Source of the DNA: Acidobacteriota bacterium
Lineage (GTDB): Bacteria > Acidobacteriota > Thermoanaerobaculia > Multivoradales > UBA5704
DNA: 64,000 bases
NCBI GenBank assembly: GCA_040005235.1
Contig: JBDTZG010000002.1
Span: forward strand, 1-64,000
Direction of reading: 5' to 3'
The translations under genes were made by a program, and so were the position numbers. The notes below the pieces were generated by a model, which worked only from the letters and a program-made list of their open reading frames with translations, had not been told where the DNA came from and did no database searches. The first letter of the stretch is position 1; each line of letters opens with the position of its first letter. Of this stretch, positions 10,390 to 20,773 are shown piece after piece.

Positions 10390-11519
10390 AGGGCGGTTTC
10401 TCTCGGAAGAGCCTCGATCGGGAAACAGAGGGAGCGCAAACGTTCGGCGAATCGACGACTCGAAAAACGCTCAGCTCGCTGTCGGATCTCCAACGGATTG
10501 AATCGAAACTGACGCGCTTTGTCAATTGTCTCGCTCATTCGCCCGACCTGCTCCGGCGTCTCGCCGATCGGCTCATAGAGCAGGCCGTCGCGGCGATCCT
10601 CCACGATGTCGAGGATTCCGCCGCGGCCCGCCGCGACGATGGGGGTACCGCAGGCGAGCGCCTCGACGGCGGCAATGCCGAAATCCTCGATGCCCGGTTG
10701 CACGAACAAGGTCGCTCCTCGATAGAGATCGCGCAGCTTTTCGCCGGCCACCCGGCCGAGAAATTCTATCCTCGCACCGGAAGCCGCGGCCAGACGGTCG
10801 AGGGGCTCGCGCTCGGGACCCTCTCCGACGATCCGGAGCGGCAGCCCCGAGCGGGCGCAGGCGGCGATCGCGATATCTAACCTCTTATACGGAGCGAGCG
10901 CCGAAACCGCCAGGGCGTAGGGATGGGCAGGCTTCGGGCCTGGGCCGGGGGTGAAGAAATCGAGGTCGACCGGCGGCGCGAGCACTTCCGCCGTGCGGCC
11001 GTAGTAGCGGGCAATCCTTAGGGCGACGAAAGAGGAGTTCGCGACGAAGGTGTCGACCCGCGGCGCCGAGGCGGCATCCCAGGTGCGCAGGCGCGAGAGC
11101 GCGCCGGCTCGAAGCCTCGCGACGGCACCCGTGCGGCGCGGAAAGTAGGCGTGCTCCTGATCCCAGGCGTAACGCATCGGCGTGTGGCAGTAGCAGAGGT
11201 GAACGGCGCCGGGAGGCGGGATCACGCCCTTGGCGACGCAGTGGCTCGACGAGATGATCAGATCGAAGCCGGAGAGGTCGAAATCTTCGATCGCGGCCGG
11301 AAACAGCGGCAGGTAGTGGCGATAGAAACGGCGGATGCCGGGAGCGCGGTTCAAGAAACTAGCAACGATCGGGTGGCTCTCGATCGCGGGCGAGACGCTG
11401 CCGGGAAAATGGAACAGCGTGTAGATCGGCGCGCCGGGAAACAGCTCGCCGATCGCTTCGAGCACCTTCTCGCCGCCGCGCATGCCGGTCAGCCAGTCGT
11501 GGACCAGGGCCACTCTCAT
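10386..11519 (-). CDS. Glycosyltransferase family 4
   Basis: VHDWLTGMRGGEKV, EDFGIAAVEALACG. Confidence 0.92.
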   Translation of the reverse strand: MRVALVHDWLTGMRGGEKVLEAIGELFPGAPIYTLFHFPGSVSPAIESHPIVASFLNRAPGIRRFYRHYLPLFPAAIEDFDLSGFDLIISSSHCVAKGVIPPPGAVHLCYCHTPMRYAWDQEHAYFPRRTGAVARLRAGALSRLRTWDAASAPRVDTFVANSSFVALRIARYYGRTAEVLAPPVDLDFFTPGPGPKPAHPYALAVSALAPYKRLDIAIAACARSGLPLRIVGEGPEREPLDRLAAASGARIEFLGRVAGEKLRDLYRGATLFVQPGIEDFGIAAVEALACGTPIVAAGRGGILDIVEDRRDGLLYEPIGETPEQVGRMSETIDKARQFRFNPLEIRQRAERFSSRRFAERLRSLCFPIEALPRETAL

Positions 11520-12643
11520 CGCGGCGCGCCTTCGATCGCCTGAAGGTAGACGCCGAGCGTTTGCTCCGCCGCCCGCTCCCAGCGGAACGCCTCGGCGCGC
11601 GCCCGGCCTCGTTCGATCAGGCGGACGCGATGGTCCGGATCGGTCATGCAGCGCGCGATCGCCTGGGCGATCGCATCGAGATCGAGCGGGTCGACCAGAT
11701 GGCCGTAGCCGTTGGCGACCTCGCGCAGCGCCGAAGTGTTCGAGGTGATCACCGGAACGCCCGAAGCCATCGCTTCCACCACCGGCAGGCCGAACCCCTC
11801 GTACAGCGTGGGATAGAGGAATACCGCGGCACCCTGGTAGAGCGCGGCTAGGTCTTCGAATTCGACGTGGCCGAGCAGCTTCACCCGGTCGCCGAGGCCC
11901 AGCTGCTCGGCGCGCTGGCGGATGCGCGACTCGCCGGGCGTCCGGTCGCCGACGCAGACCAGCGGCGCGTCGAAGTTCGCGAGCCGACGCGCCCGGGCGT
12001 ACGCCTTCACCACGTTGTCGAGGTTCTTGTGCGGTTTCGGGTTGCCGACGAACAGCAGGTAGGGGCGCTCGATGCCCAATGCCGAGAGCCGACGGCCGAT
12101 CTCGTCGGGCGCAAGGCGCTGGCGGAAGCGTTCCTCCACCCCGTTGTAGATCACTTCGATCTTGCCGCCGTCGACGTCGAAATAGTCGATCAGATCCTGA
12201 CGCGTGTTTTCCGACACCGCGATGATCCGGTCGCCTCGCTCGAGGCTCCTGCGGATCATCCGGGTGGCGTAGACGAACGCGAGCCCGTTGGGCAGAAACT
12301 CAGGGTAGAGCACGTGGATGATGTCGTGGATCGTCACCACCACCTTGGACGGCACGTAGGCGGGCAGGACGTAATGGGTGGCGTGGTAGAGATCGGGACG
12401 GAGCCGGAACAGCCGCCACGAAAGGGTCGCCATCTCGCGGATCGAGTAGACCCCGGCGCGCTCGGTGACCGCGGTGAAGTTTTCCGGCAGGGTGGCGAGC
12501 AGCTCGCGATCGTCGTCCTGCGCGAGCAGCAGGTAGCGGTTGTCCCGATCGATCGCCGCCAGCCCCGAGATCAGGTTTCGGACGTAGGTGCCGATACCGA
12601 AATCTCGGATCTTTCGGGCGTCTAGGGCGATCGTATAGGGCAC
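11516..12643 (-). CDS. Glycosyltransferase family 4
   Basis: GIGTY, TIHD, KPHKN, YEGFGLPVVEAMASG. Confidence 0.92.
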   Translation of the reverse strand: MPYTIALDARKIRDFGIGTYVRNLISGLAAIDRDNRYLLLAQDDDRELLATLPENFTAVTERAGVYSIREMATLSWRLFRLRPDLYHATHYVLPAYVPSKVVVTIHDIIHVLYPEFLPNGLAFVYATRMIRRSLERGDRIIAVSENTRQDLIDYFDVDGGKIEVIYNGVEERFRQRLAPDEIGRRLSALGIERPYLLFVGNPKPHKNLDNVVKAYARARRLANFDAPLVCVGDRTPGESRIRQRAEQLGLGDRVKLLGHVEFEDLAALYQGAAVFLYPTLYEGFGLPVVEAMASGVPVITSNTSALREVANGYGHLVDPLDLDAIAQAIARCMTDPDHRVRLIERGRARAEAFRWERAAEQTLGVYLQAIEGAPR

Positions 12644-12674
12644 GCGGCAGGGGCTCCGGGGCAGACCAACAGGA

Positions 12675-13847
12675 TCAAGAGTTTATCGCGTCGGCGAAGA
12701 TCGCATCCATCCGGTCCGCCGCGCCGCCCCAGGTGAAGCGGGCGGCCTGCGCCGGGCCGCGGTCGGCAAGCTCTTGGGCCCGCCCCGGATCGGCGAGCAG
12801 CCGGCCGAGCGCCTCGGCGAGCGCCGCGGGCTCGCCGATCTCGACCTGGAGCCCCGCTCGGCCTACCACCTCGGGCAGGCTCGACCGATTCGACACGATG
12901 GTTGGCACGCCGCAGGCGAGCGCCTCGGCCGCCGGCAGGCCGAAGCCTTCATAGAGCGAGGGGTAGAGGAAGACCGAGGCGGCCTGAAAAATCCGCACCA
13001 GCCGCGCGCGGGGCACGGGACCCAGGTGGATCAACCCTTTGGGCTTGAGCGCCTCGATCCGTTCGAGCAGCTTGGGGCCGCCCCAGCCGTTCGGACCGAC
13101 CAGGACGAGCGGCGGGGTGGCGCCACGATCGCCGCCACCGAGTCCCACGAGGCCGCCGCGCTCGACCAGGAACTCCCAGGCATCGAGGATCGCGCCGACG
13201 TTCTTGCGCGGCTCCAACGTCCCGGCATAGAGAAGATAGCCGTCCGGCGCGCCGATCTCTTCGCGGGTTGCGGCGATTTCCTCGGCGGTGCCGGGGCGAA
13301 ACTCGGGATCGACGCCCGGATAGATCACCTCGACCCGGTCGGCGCAGTCGGGAAAATGAAACCGCAGATCGGCCGCCGTCGCCTGGGAATCCGCGACGAT
13401 CCGCCGGGCGCGATCGAGCGAGGCGTTGAGGAACGGATAGACGCTCCAGCGAACCTTCACCCGATGATGGTCGGGAAACAGCAGGGTCGTGAGGTCATGG
13501 ACCGTCGCGATCGCCGGCACCGGACAGCGAAGCGGCAACGTCATGTGCGGCGACCAGAGCAGGTCGACGTCCCCCGCCGCGAGCCGCTTCGGCAGCCGCA
13601 GCTGCTGCCAGATCACGCCGAGGGGAGCCGGCTGGATCTCGATCGGAACTTCCGCCCCGGCGAATTCCTCCGCTCCTTCGACCGGGCCGTGCGCGAGCCC
13701 CAGATAGCGCCGATGGCTCCGACCCCGGCGGCTCGCCAGCTCCAGCAGCAGCGACCGGGTGTAGACGCCGATGCCGGTTACCGTCCGCACCAGCGGGCGA
13801 AGATCGACGGCAACGGTAGGAAGAGACGAGGGGGAGACTTCGGACAT
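12675..13847 (-). CDS. Glycosyltransferase family 4
   Basis: TGIGVY, TVHD, GTLEPRKN, YEGFGLPAAEALACG. Confidence 0.9.
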   Translation of the reverse strand: MSEVSPSSLPTVAVDLRPLVRTVTGIGVYTRSLLLELASRRGRSHRRYLGLAHGPVEGAEEFAGAEVPIEIQPAPLGVIWQQLRLPKRLAAGDVDLLWSPHMTLPLRCPVPAIATVHDLTTLLFPDHHRVKVRWSVYPFLNASLDRARRIVADSQATAADLRFHFPDCADRVEVIYPGVDPEFRPGTAEEIAATREEIGAPDGYLLYAGTLEPRKNVGAILDAWEFLVERGGLVGLGGGDRGATPPLVLVGPNGWGGPKLLERIEALKPKGLIHLGPVPRARLVRIFQAASVFLYPSLYEGFGLPAAEALACGVPTIVSNRSSLPEVVGRAGLQVEIGEPAALAEALGRLLADPGRAQELADRGPAQAARFTWGGAADRMDAIFADAINS

Positions 13848-13861
13848 GCGAGCCGATGGTA

Positions 13862-14704
13862 TCAGGGGCTTTTGGGGGCCGGCTTGAATAGAGCCCGAAA
13901 CGCCTTCAACGCCGCCGGGTGGTAGATCGTACCGTGCCCTTCCGCGGGCGTCGGCTCGTAGATCCAGCGCAAGTCTGCGGAAGCGTTCTGCTTGAGCGCC
14001 TCGACCAACTGCTCGGTCGGCTTGACGATCCCTTTCTCGTCGCTGGTCGCGAGAAAGAGCGTGCCTTTCCCTTTGTACTCCTTCAATCGCCCGGGGGCAG
14101 AGCTCACCAACGCCTGGTGATTCCACCAGAGGCTTGGATCGAACGCGATCGAGGTATCGAACATCCCGGGCGCCAGGAAGAACGTCTCGACGACGAACAG
14201 CCCGGCGAGCGACTCGCCGACGATTCCCGTCTCGTCCGTCGTGCGGTAGCGCGCCCGCACGTCCGGCATCAGCTCCTTGGCGATGAACTCCCGGAACGCG
14301 GCGGAGCCGCCCACGTGCGGCGCGATCTTCCGGTCTTCCGGGTCTTCGGTCGGACCGGTCATGTCGCGGCGACGCTCGGTGTTTTCGATCCCCACCAGGA
14401 CGAACGGCCGCATCGTGCCGTTGCCGACCGAGACCTGGACCAGCCCGGCGACGTGCAAAAAGTCCTCGCCCATCCCGCCGTCCGGCATGTAGAGGACGGG
14501 GAAGCGGGCGTCCTTGGCGGCGTCATAGCCGGGCGGAAGGTAGACATTGATCCGCCGCGTCTCGTGGAGAATCTTCGACGGAATCGCGAATGTCTCTCCG
14601 ATCGAAAGCGGGGCCGCCGAAGTACCCGATCCTTCGCCGGCAAGCGATGCCGAGAGGGGCGGGCAGAGGACCGAGAGAGCTAGAACGGCGGCGAGTTTCT
14701 TCAT
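13862..14704 (-). CDS. Secreted alpha/beta hydrolase (IroE-like esterase)
   Basis: Signal peptide; PVLYMPDG, GESLAG nucleophile elbow, PSLWW. Confidence 0.85.
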   Translation of the reverse strand: MKKLAAVLALSVLCPPLSASLAGEGSGTSAAPLSIGETFAIPSKILHETRRINVYLPPGYDAAKDARFPVLYMPDGGMGEDFLHVAGLVQVSVGNGTMRPFVLVGIENTERRRDMTGPTEDPEDRKIAPHVGGSAAFREFIAKELMPDVRARYRTTDETGIVGESLAGLFVVETFFLAPGMFDTSIAFDPSLWWNHQALVSSAPGRLKEYKGKGTLFLATSDEKGIVKPTEQLVEALKQNASADLRWIYEPTPAEGHGTIYHPAALKAFRALFKPAPKSP

Positions 14705-14818
14705 TGGCGCCCGATCGTACCAGCACGAAACCGTGCCTTGTCGCTCGCGGGAGGAAGCGCGACACGATCGTTCGGCAGTCCTGATACACCTTCCCCACCG
14801 GGCCTTTGACGATGGGTC

Positions 14819-16798
14819 TCAACGCGTCCCGCCGCGGAAGGCCCAAAAGGGATCGGGTTCGAGGAGCGGGCGCGAATCGGGGAGGATTTCGAAGACTTGG
14901 GCTTCCTCGTCGGCAAAGGTCAGCCGCACCGGGGCTCGACGGGGCCATCGTTCGATCTCTCGCCGCTGCCAGCGGCGCAAATCGGCAAGACGGGCGACCA
15001 CGTGAGTCACTCCTTCGGCGCGCAGCCGGGCGAGATCGGCATCGTCGGGCACCGGAAAGCAACACCTTCGGCGCAGGTCGAGATTGTCGGTCGGTAGAAA
15101 GCCGCTGTAGCCGTTGACCACCGGCTTGCCGTAGTGGCTCGCGCGGTACATCGTGGGGATGTCGTCCTGCACCCGGCCGAGCGGGACTTCAAGAACCGCC
15201 CGCACCGCGGAGGTTTTCGCGAGCCATTGATCGACCGCGGTGGGGCCGAGCCTGGGCTCGATCTCGGTCCAATCGAGCCGCCGCGGCGCCTGTTCGATCG
15301 CCAGCAAGACAATCACTCCGGCGGCAAACCCACGGCGCAAGGTGATCGAGGAGAGGCGCTCGCGGAGGCGATCGAAACCGTAGGCGGCAAGAAATCCGAG
15401 CCCAACGCCGGCAAAGGCATAGAACCGGGTAGGCACCCGCATCTGGGCGAGGCCGGGAACGTAGCGGGCGAGCGGCAGGTAGACCTGGGGAAAGGTAAGG
15501 AGGAACGAGGCCGCACCGGCCGCGAGGAGACCGCGGGGCCACGCCGGCAGATCCGCCCAGCCGGCCAGAGCTGCGGCACTCTTCCCTCGCCACTTTCGGC
15601 GCAGGAAGGCTGCACTCGCCGATGCAACCAGCAGGATCAGGCCCAAGGCCGAATAGCTCGGCAAGTTCCTGGTTCCCCACGGTACGCCGGGCCATCCGCT
15701 CCAAGTTCTCGCGTCGGCGACGAGAAACGTAAGCCCCACCAAAGCGGTCAACAGCCCGAGGATGACGCGATGCCCTTTCCCTGGAAGGGGAGCTGCTGGC
15801 CTGCAAAACCGCCGCAGCCCTTCCCACGCTCCCCAAAGGGCGAAAAGGGCAACGCCGAAGCCCGGGAAGAGCGCGTTCTCCGGTCGTTCCCAGCGGGCGG
15901 TTTCAGCTCCGCCATAGAGAGAGTGCTGGGACGACGGGGTGACATAGCTCGCGAGGGTGGCCGAGTACCCTGCGATTACATCGTCTCCTCTGTGCAGGGG
16001 GAAGTGAGCGGAGGTTCGCGCATAGGGGAGGAAAAAGATTGCCGCGATGCCCGCGCAGGCGATGAGGGCACCACCCAAGCGGGCGAGATCAGCGCGGCTC
16101 CAGCGAGGCCGGTCGCGGAAAAGGAGGCGGTTCGCGGCCAGGATCGCGAGGGGTATATGGGCCATGTAGGCGAGGTAGAGGCCGCCGCTCATATGAAGGG
16201 CATAGAAGGCGACGAAGATCGCGGCGCGCCGCAAGGTCGGACGTTCGAGCAACCGGTCGAACGTCCAGAGCAGCGGCGGAATCCAGAGGGCAAGCAGGAT
16301 TTGAAGATGGCTCCCCTGGAACCATCGGAACGCGGAGAACGCGAACGCCAGACCGCCGATCCAGGCGCCGGTCGGGCTCAGGCCGCTCTTGTCCAGAACC
16401 CAGTAGAGGGCGAAGGCGGATCCGAGGTATGAGCCGAAGAACAACAGGTTGTAGAACGCGATCGGGCCGACCCCGAAGTGCCCGAGCAGCCAGCCCGCAA
16501 ACGCCGGGCCGAGCAGGTGATCGGAAAACGTCGTGACTCGGAGGGTGGGAAAAAAGTACGGCAGATTCCAGTAGCCCTTGAAGCCGTTCTGAAAATGAAG
16601 AATTCCCCACTTGAGGACCACCAAATTGAACAGAGGATCTCCTCCGTCGGGGGCCAGGTGAGTGCGGAACACCCGCCAGATCGGGCGCAAATAGAACAGG
16701 GAGAGGGCGAGAAAGCCCAAGAACGCCAAGCCGTGCCGAGCCAGGCGTTGGCCCACCTTGGACCTGGCACCCTCCGGCCTTCGAAAATCGGTCATCAC
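14819..16798 (-). CDS. Multi-TM membrane protein, GT-C/YfhO-like glycosyltransferase
   Basis: GDPLFN, many hydrophobic segments, MRVPTRF, VNGYSG. Confidence 0.65.
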   Translation of the reverse strand: MMTDFRRPEGARSKVGQRLARHGLAFLGFLALSLFYLRPIWRVFRTHLAPDGGDPLFNLVVLKWGILHFQNGFKGYWNLPYFFPTLRVTTFSDHLLGPAFAGWLLGHFGVGPIAFYNLLFFGSYLGSAFALYWVLDKSGLSPTGAWIGGLAFAFSAFRWFQGSHLQILLALWIPPLLWTFDRLLERPTLRRAAIFVAFYALHMSGGLYLAYMAHIPLAILAANRLLFRDRPRWSRADLARLGGALIACAGIAAIFFLPYARTSAHFPLHRGDDVIAGYSATLASYVTPSSQHSLYGGAETARWERPENALFPGFGVALFALWGAWEGLRRFCRPAAPLPGKGHRVILGLLTALVGLTFLVADARTWSGWPGVPWGTRNLPSYSALGLILLVASASAAFLRRKWRGKSAAALAGWADLPAWPRGLLAAGAASFLLTFPQVYLPLARYVPGLAQMRVPTRFYAFAGVGLGFLAAYGFDRLRERLSSITLRRGFAAGVIVLLAIEQAPRRLDWTEIEPRLGPTAVDQWLAKTSAVRAVLEVPLGRVQDDIPTMYRASHYGKPVVNGYSGFLPTDNLDLRRRCCFPVPDDADLARLRAEGVTHVVARLADLRRWQRREIERWPRRAPVRLTFADEEAQVFEILPDSRPLLEPDPFWAFRGGTR

Positions 16799-16873
16799 GG
16801 AGTCTTTACGGAACTGCGGCTGTTGCGTCTAGCCCTTGGGATGAATGGCTGGCGGGAGGGGATGGAAGCGGCG

Positions 16874-16910
16874 GAGAGGTAGGGAGCACGGCGAGTGCGC
16901 CCTACCTCTC
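16874..16910 (-). terminator. Hairpin downstream of the BON gene
   Basis: GAGAGGTAGGG...CCCTACCTCTC inverted repeat. Confidence 0.5.
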
Positions 16911-16926
16911 TGGGGAGGAAGCCCGG

Positions 16927-17469
16927 TTACTTCTTGACGACGATGTCGTTGACGACCGACACCACGCCTTCGGTGTGCATTGCCAATTTTGCCGCTTCGG
17001 TCTTCTCGTAGGCAGACTTGGCAGTGCCGGAAAGGGTGACCTTGCCGTTCACTGTGTCGACCTCGATCGCCACACCCTTCACTTCCGGATCGGCGATCAG
17101 CATCGACTTGACCTTGGCGGTAATGCTCGAGTCGTCAATGTTCTGCTTGGCCTTGTCGCCCGCCTCGGCGGCCTTCTCGCCAGCCGTTTCGGCCGCATTG
17201 GCGATGTCCTTGCCGGCTTCCTTGGCGGTCGCCGAGGCTTCCTCGCCGGCTACCTGAACGGCTTCCCCGGCCTGCTCGGCAGCTTCTTTCGTCCCTTCCA
17301 CCGCCGCGTTGCCCGCGGTGGCTGCGGCTTCGCCCGTCTCTTCTCCGGCGGTCTTGATCGCCTCGCCAGCCTGGGCGTTCTGTTCTTTAACGTCGGGGTT
17401 GTTGCAGGCGCTCGCGCCGAGGACGCACAGCACGGCGAAAGCGGGCAACATCAGGGCTTTGTTCGTCAT
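16927..17469 (-). CDS. BON-domain (OsmY-like) lipoprotein
   Basis: Lipobox ASAC; Ala/Glu-rich linker; DDSSITAKVKSMLIADP...GKVTLSG...GVVSVVN. Confidence 0.88.
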   Translation of the reverse strand: MTNKALMLPAFAVLCVLGASACNNPDVKEQNAQAGEAIKTAGEETGEAAATAGNAAVEGTKEAAEQAGEAVQVAGEEASATAKEAGKDIANAAETAGEKAAEAGDKAKQNIDDSSITAKVKSMLIADPEVKGVAIEVDTVNGKVTLSGTAKSAYEKTEAAKLAMHTEGVVSVVNDIVVKK

Positions 17470-17585
17470 GAGAAGGTTCTCCAAGTTCGTGATTTGGGGC
17501 AAATTAGGGGCCGTCAACGACTTAGCGAACGACCCGGAAAGGTCATTGTGCAAGATTGAGACCGCCGATCATAGAGCGTCGGTGA

Positions 17586-18488
17586 CTACTTTCCGAACGC
17601 CACCTCGAACCGGTCGACTTCGGAGAGATCCATGCGGTAGGCGGTGATCGCGAAACGGTCGGCGAAGGCGTCGACCACGCAGAAATGGTGGACCTTCTCG
17701 AAGACGTCTCCGGCGAGCCGGAATTCCGGATGCTTGTCGTCGTAGAGCGGAGCGCCTCCGCCGCCGGTTACGACGTAGGTGATGCCGTCTCGCACCGTAC
17801 GGTAGTAGATGTGGTCGTGCCCCTCGAAGACCAGGCGAACGCCATGCCTTCGAAACAGCGGATGGAGCAGGGTCCGCAGGGCCTGCACGTCCGGCTCGGC
17901 CGCATGCTGTCCGATCGAATAGATCGCCTTATGGAAGAACGGCAGGATCCGGCGTCCCGCCGCCTGCGCTGCCGCCAGATCCGCTTCGAGCCATCGGCCC
18001 TCCTCGCTCGCGGGTCCCAGATCTTCCTGGGTGTCGATTGCGACGAAGTGGATCGGTCCCTTCTCGAACGAGTAGTAGAGCTTGTTGCCGGAGAGCACCG
18101 TCTGAGTCACCCGCTGCTCGTAGTAGCCCTCGGGCGACCCGTCGTGATTTCCGCGGGCGGGGTAGTAGGGGATCTGCCGCCGCATCTCGCCGGTGATGCC
18201 GTCGAACGTCTGCCACTCCTCTTTCGAGTTGCCGTCGTGGACCAGGTCGCCGGTCTGGAGCACGAGCGCCGGACGAAACGAAAGGACGTCCGCCACGATC
18301 TTGCGATGGACCTCATGGCCGTCGCGGGTATCTCCGTAGGCGACAAATCGAAGGAGCACGTCCCTCGCCGAGGGGGCCGGCGCGGCATGAATCCGCTGCT
18401 CTTCCGGCCGCGGGGACTGGGTGCATCCGGCGACTCCGGCGACCCACAGGACGGCGAAACAAAGAGAACGCGGTCGGATCGCTGCCAT
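17586..18488 (-). CDS. Calcineurin-like metallophosphoesterase (lipoprotein)
   Basis: GDTR, TGDLV, GNHD, GHDHIY. Confidence 0.88.
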   Translation of the reverse strand: MAAIRPRSLCFAVLWVAGVAGCTQSPRPEEQRIHAAPAPSARDVLLRFVAYGDTRDGHEVHRKIVADVLSFRPALVLQTGDLVHDGNSKEEWQTFDGITGEMRRQIPYYPARGNHDGSPEGYYEQRVTQTVLSGNKLYYSFEKGPIHFVAIDTQEDLGPASEEGRWLEADLAAAQAAGRRILPFFHKAIYSIGQHAAEPDVQALRTLLHPLFRRHGVRLVFEGHDHIYYRTVRDGITYVVTGGGGAPLYDDKHPEFRLAGDVFEKVHHFCVVDAFADRFAITAYRMDLSEVDRFEVAFGK

Positions 18489-18586
18489 GGAAGGCTCCCG
18501 GGAGATGCGGCGGTTCGGATCGAAAGGCTCGCGAGAGGAGCATAGCGAGTCCCGAAGACCCGCGCCGACCGGTATAGTCACGCCCC

Positions 18587-19009
18587 ATGCTCGAAGTTCA
18601 CGACCTGCCCGCTTTGAACGCGATTCTCAACTCCCTCTCGACCGTTCTCTTGATCACCGGCTGGTTCCTGATCCGGAACCGGAAGGTTGCTGCCCATCGG
18701 GCGGTCATGATCACCGCGCTGGTTACCTCGTCGCTGTTTCTGACCTCCTACCTGATCTACCACGCCCAGGTCGGCTCGGTGCCATTCCAGGGCCGGGGGC
18801 CGATCCGGACGCTCTACTTCGCGATCCTGATCACCCACACGATCCTCGCGGCCACCGTGCCGTTCCTCGCCGGGATCACCGTCTGGCGGGCGTACAAGAA
18901 GCGCTTCGACCGGCACCGGGCGATCGCGCGCTGGACCCTGCCGATCTGGCTCTACGTCTCGGCGACCGGCGTAATCGTCTATCTGATGCTCTATCAGATG
19001 AAGGTCTGA
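18587..19009 (+). CDS. DUF420 membrane protein
   Basis: LPALNAILN, HRAVM, LFLTSYLIYH, WLYVSATG. Confidence 0.85.
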   Translation: MLEVHDLPALNAILNSLSTVLLITGWFLIRNRKVAAHRAVMITALVTSSLFLTSYLIYHAQVGSVPFQGRGPIRTLYFAILITHTILAATVPFLAGITVWRAYKKRFDRHRAIARWTLPIWLYVSATGVIVYLMLYQMKV

Positions 19010-19021
19010 GCGGACCTCCCG

Positions 19022-19396
19022 ATGCGAGCCACGGTCGGTCACTTCGAGATCCTCGCCCGCGACCCCGACCGGCTCGCCCGCTTCTTCCAAGAGGCGCTCG
19101 GCTGGACCGCAGAGCCGGTGGCGTGGGACGGCCCGGCCTATCTGAAGCTCCGCCCAGGGTTGGCAACCTTGGCGCCCTCCCGCCCGATCGGCGGCGGAAT
19201 CCTGGGCGACGCGGCCGATCCGCCGCCGCTGCTGGTGTTCCACCTCGAAGAGGGGACGCTCGAAGAGGCGCTGGCGCGAATCGAGGCGGCGGGCGGTTCG
19301 ATCGAAGCGCCGCCGGAAGCGATCGGCGGCATGGGGCATTTCGCGCGGTTCCGTGATCCGGATGGGCGGGGGTATGGGCTGTGGCGGAGCCTGTAG
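19022..19396 (+). CDS. VOC/glyoxalase family protein
   Basis: HFEI...FFQEALGW...GGGI...FRDPDG. Confidence 0.85.
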   Translation: MRATVGHFEILARDPDRLARFFQEALGWTAEPVAWDGPAYLKLRPGLATLAPSRPIGGGILGDAADPPPLLVFHLEEGTLEEALARIEAAGGSIEAPPEAIGGMGHFARFRDPDGRGYGLWRSL

Positions 19397-19408
19397 ACTC
19401 CTCCCAAC

Positions 19409-20332
19409 ATGCCACTCCACATCGAGACCCCGCTCGTCGAATCACGTCCCTTGAGTTTGTCCTCCGGGCGCGCGATCTGGCTGAAGCTGGAAGCCCTGCA
19501 ACCCTCGGGCTCGTTCAAGCTTCGCGGCATCGGACACGCCTGCGAGACGTATTACGCCCGCGGGGCAAAGCGGTTCGTCTGTTCCTCCAGCGGCAACGCC
19601 GGGCTGGCGGTCGCCTATGCGGGTCGGATCCTGTCCGTTCCGGTGACGGTGGTGGTTCCGGAAATCACGACTGAGCGGGCGAAAGAACTTCTGCGCCTGG
19701 AAGGTGCAGAGGTCATCGTTCACGGCGCGTCCTGGCAAGAGGCGAACAACCTCGCGATCTCGCGGGTGGGTGCGTCCGATGCGTTCATTCACCCCTTCGA
19801 CGATCCGCTAGCATGGCAGGGCCATTCCACATTGATCGACGAAGTCGTACGTTCCGGCAGGAAGCCTGATGCCGTGTTGCTCTCGGTCGGCGGTGGTGGA
19901 TTGCTCTCCGGCGTCGCCCTTGGGCTGCACCGAAACGGCTGGACCGACGTTCCGATCCTCGCCGTCGAAACCGAAGGAGCCGCGTCCTTCCACCAAGCTA
20001 CGAAAGCCGGGCACCCGGTCGAGCTGGAGAGAATCACCAGCATCGCAACCTCCCTCGGAGCCCGTCGCGTCTGCGAACGAGCCGTCCAGTGGTTCAAGGA
20101 ACATCCGATCCGAAGCCTCGTGGTGTCCGACCGCAGCGCCCTCTCCGCCTGCGAGCGATTCCTCCACGATCACCGAATCCTCGTCGAACCTTCCTGCGGC
20201 GCAAGCCTCGCCCCGGTCTACGACAAATCCGCGGAGCTGGAACCTTTTGGCACTGTGCTGGTCGTCGTTTGCGGGGGAGCGACTTCGACGATTGACCAGA
20301 TCCGAGATTGGTCGCGAGCGGTTGAGGTATAA
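19409..20332 (+). CDS. PLP-dependent serine/threonine dehydratase
   Basis: QPSGSFKLRG, SSSGNAG, SVGGGG. Confidence 0.9.
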   Translation: MPLHIETPLVESRPLSLSSGRAIWLKLEALQPSGSFKLRGIGHACETYYARGAKRFVCSSSGNAGLAVAYAGRILSVPVTVVVPEITTERAKELLRLEGAEVIVHGASWQEANNLAISRVGASDAFIHPFDDPLAWQGHSTLIDEVVRSGRKPDAVLLSVGGGGLLSGVALGLHRNGWTDVPILAVETEGAASFHQATKAGHPVELERITSIATSLGARRVCERAVQWFKEHPIRSLVVSDRSALSACERFLHDHRILVEPSCGASLAPVYDKSAELEPFGTVLVVVCGGATSTIDQIRDWSRAVEV

Positions 20333-20349
20333 GGCGAGGCAAGAAAATC

Positions 20350-20529
20350 ATGAGCGACAGCGATTCGAAGCCTTCCTCCGAAACCGATTGGGCCAGGGTC
20401 TCGGCGATGACAGATTCCGAGATCGATACCTCGGACATCCCTCCGCTTGGCGACGAGTTTTTCAGACGCGCTCGATTGCGACTTTCGTCGAAATTAAAGC
20501 GCGATCCGTGCCGACCTAAGCGTCGATAG
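20350..20529 (+). pseudogene. Truncated BrnA-like antitoxin
   Basis: Own translation MSDSDSKPSSETDWARVSAMTDSEIDTSDIPPLGDEFFRRARLR...; the C-terminal RHH part is absent. Confidence 0.6.
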
Positions 20530-20773
20530 GAGCGATTTTGGGCCACTCAATACCTGCTCCTACGAAGCGAAGTGTCCGGACAGCACCATCTGGGGAGTAG
20601 GCAATGCTCGGCTGGATCTGGCAAGTGTTTAGTGCGAAGTGGAATGGTAGTTGGGCCAGAAAGGGACCGCAGCGGTCCGGGCAGATCCGGCCCACCCAAT
20701 GCGATTGATACCACCCGGGCGATTAGCATTCGTCACGGTTTCTTTGCTGTGGTTGATGCACGACACATTGCCC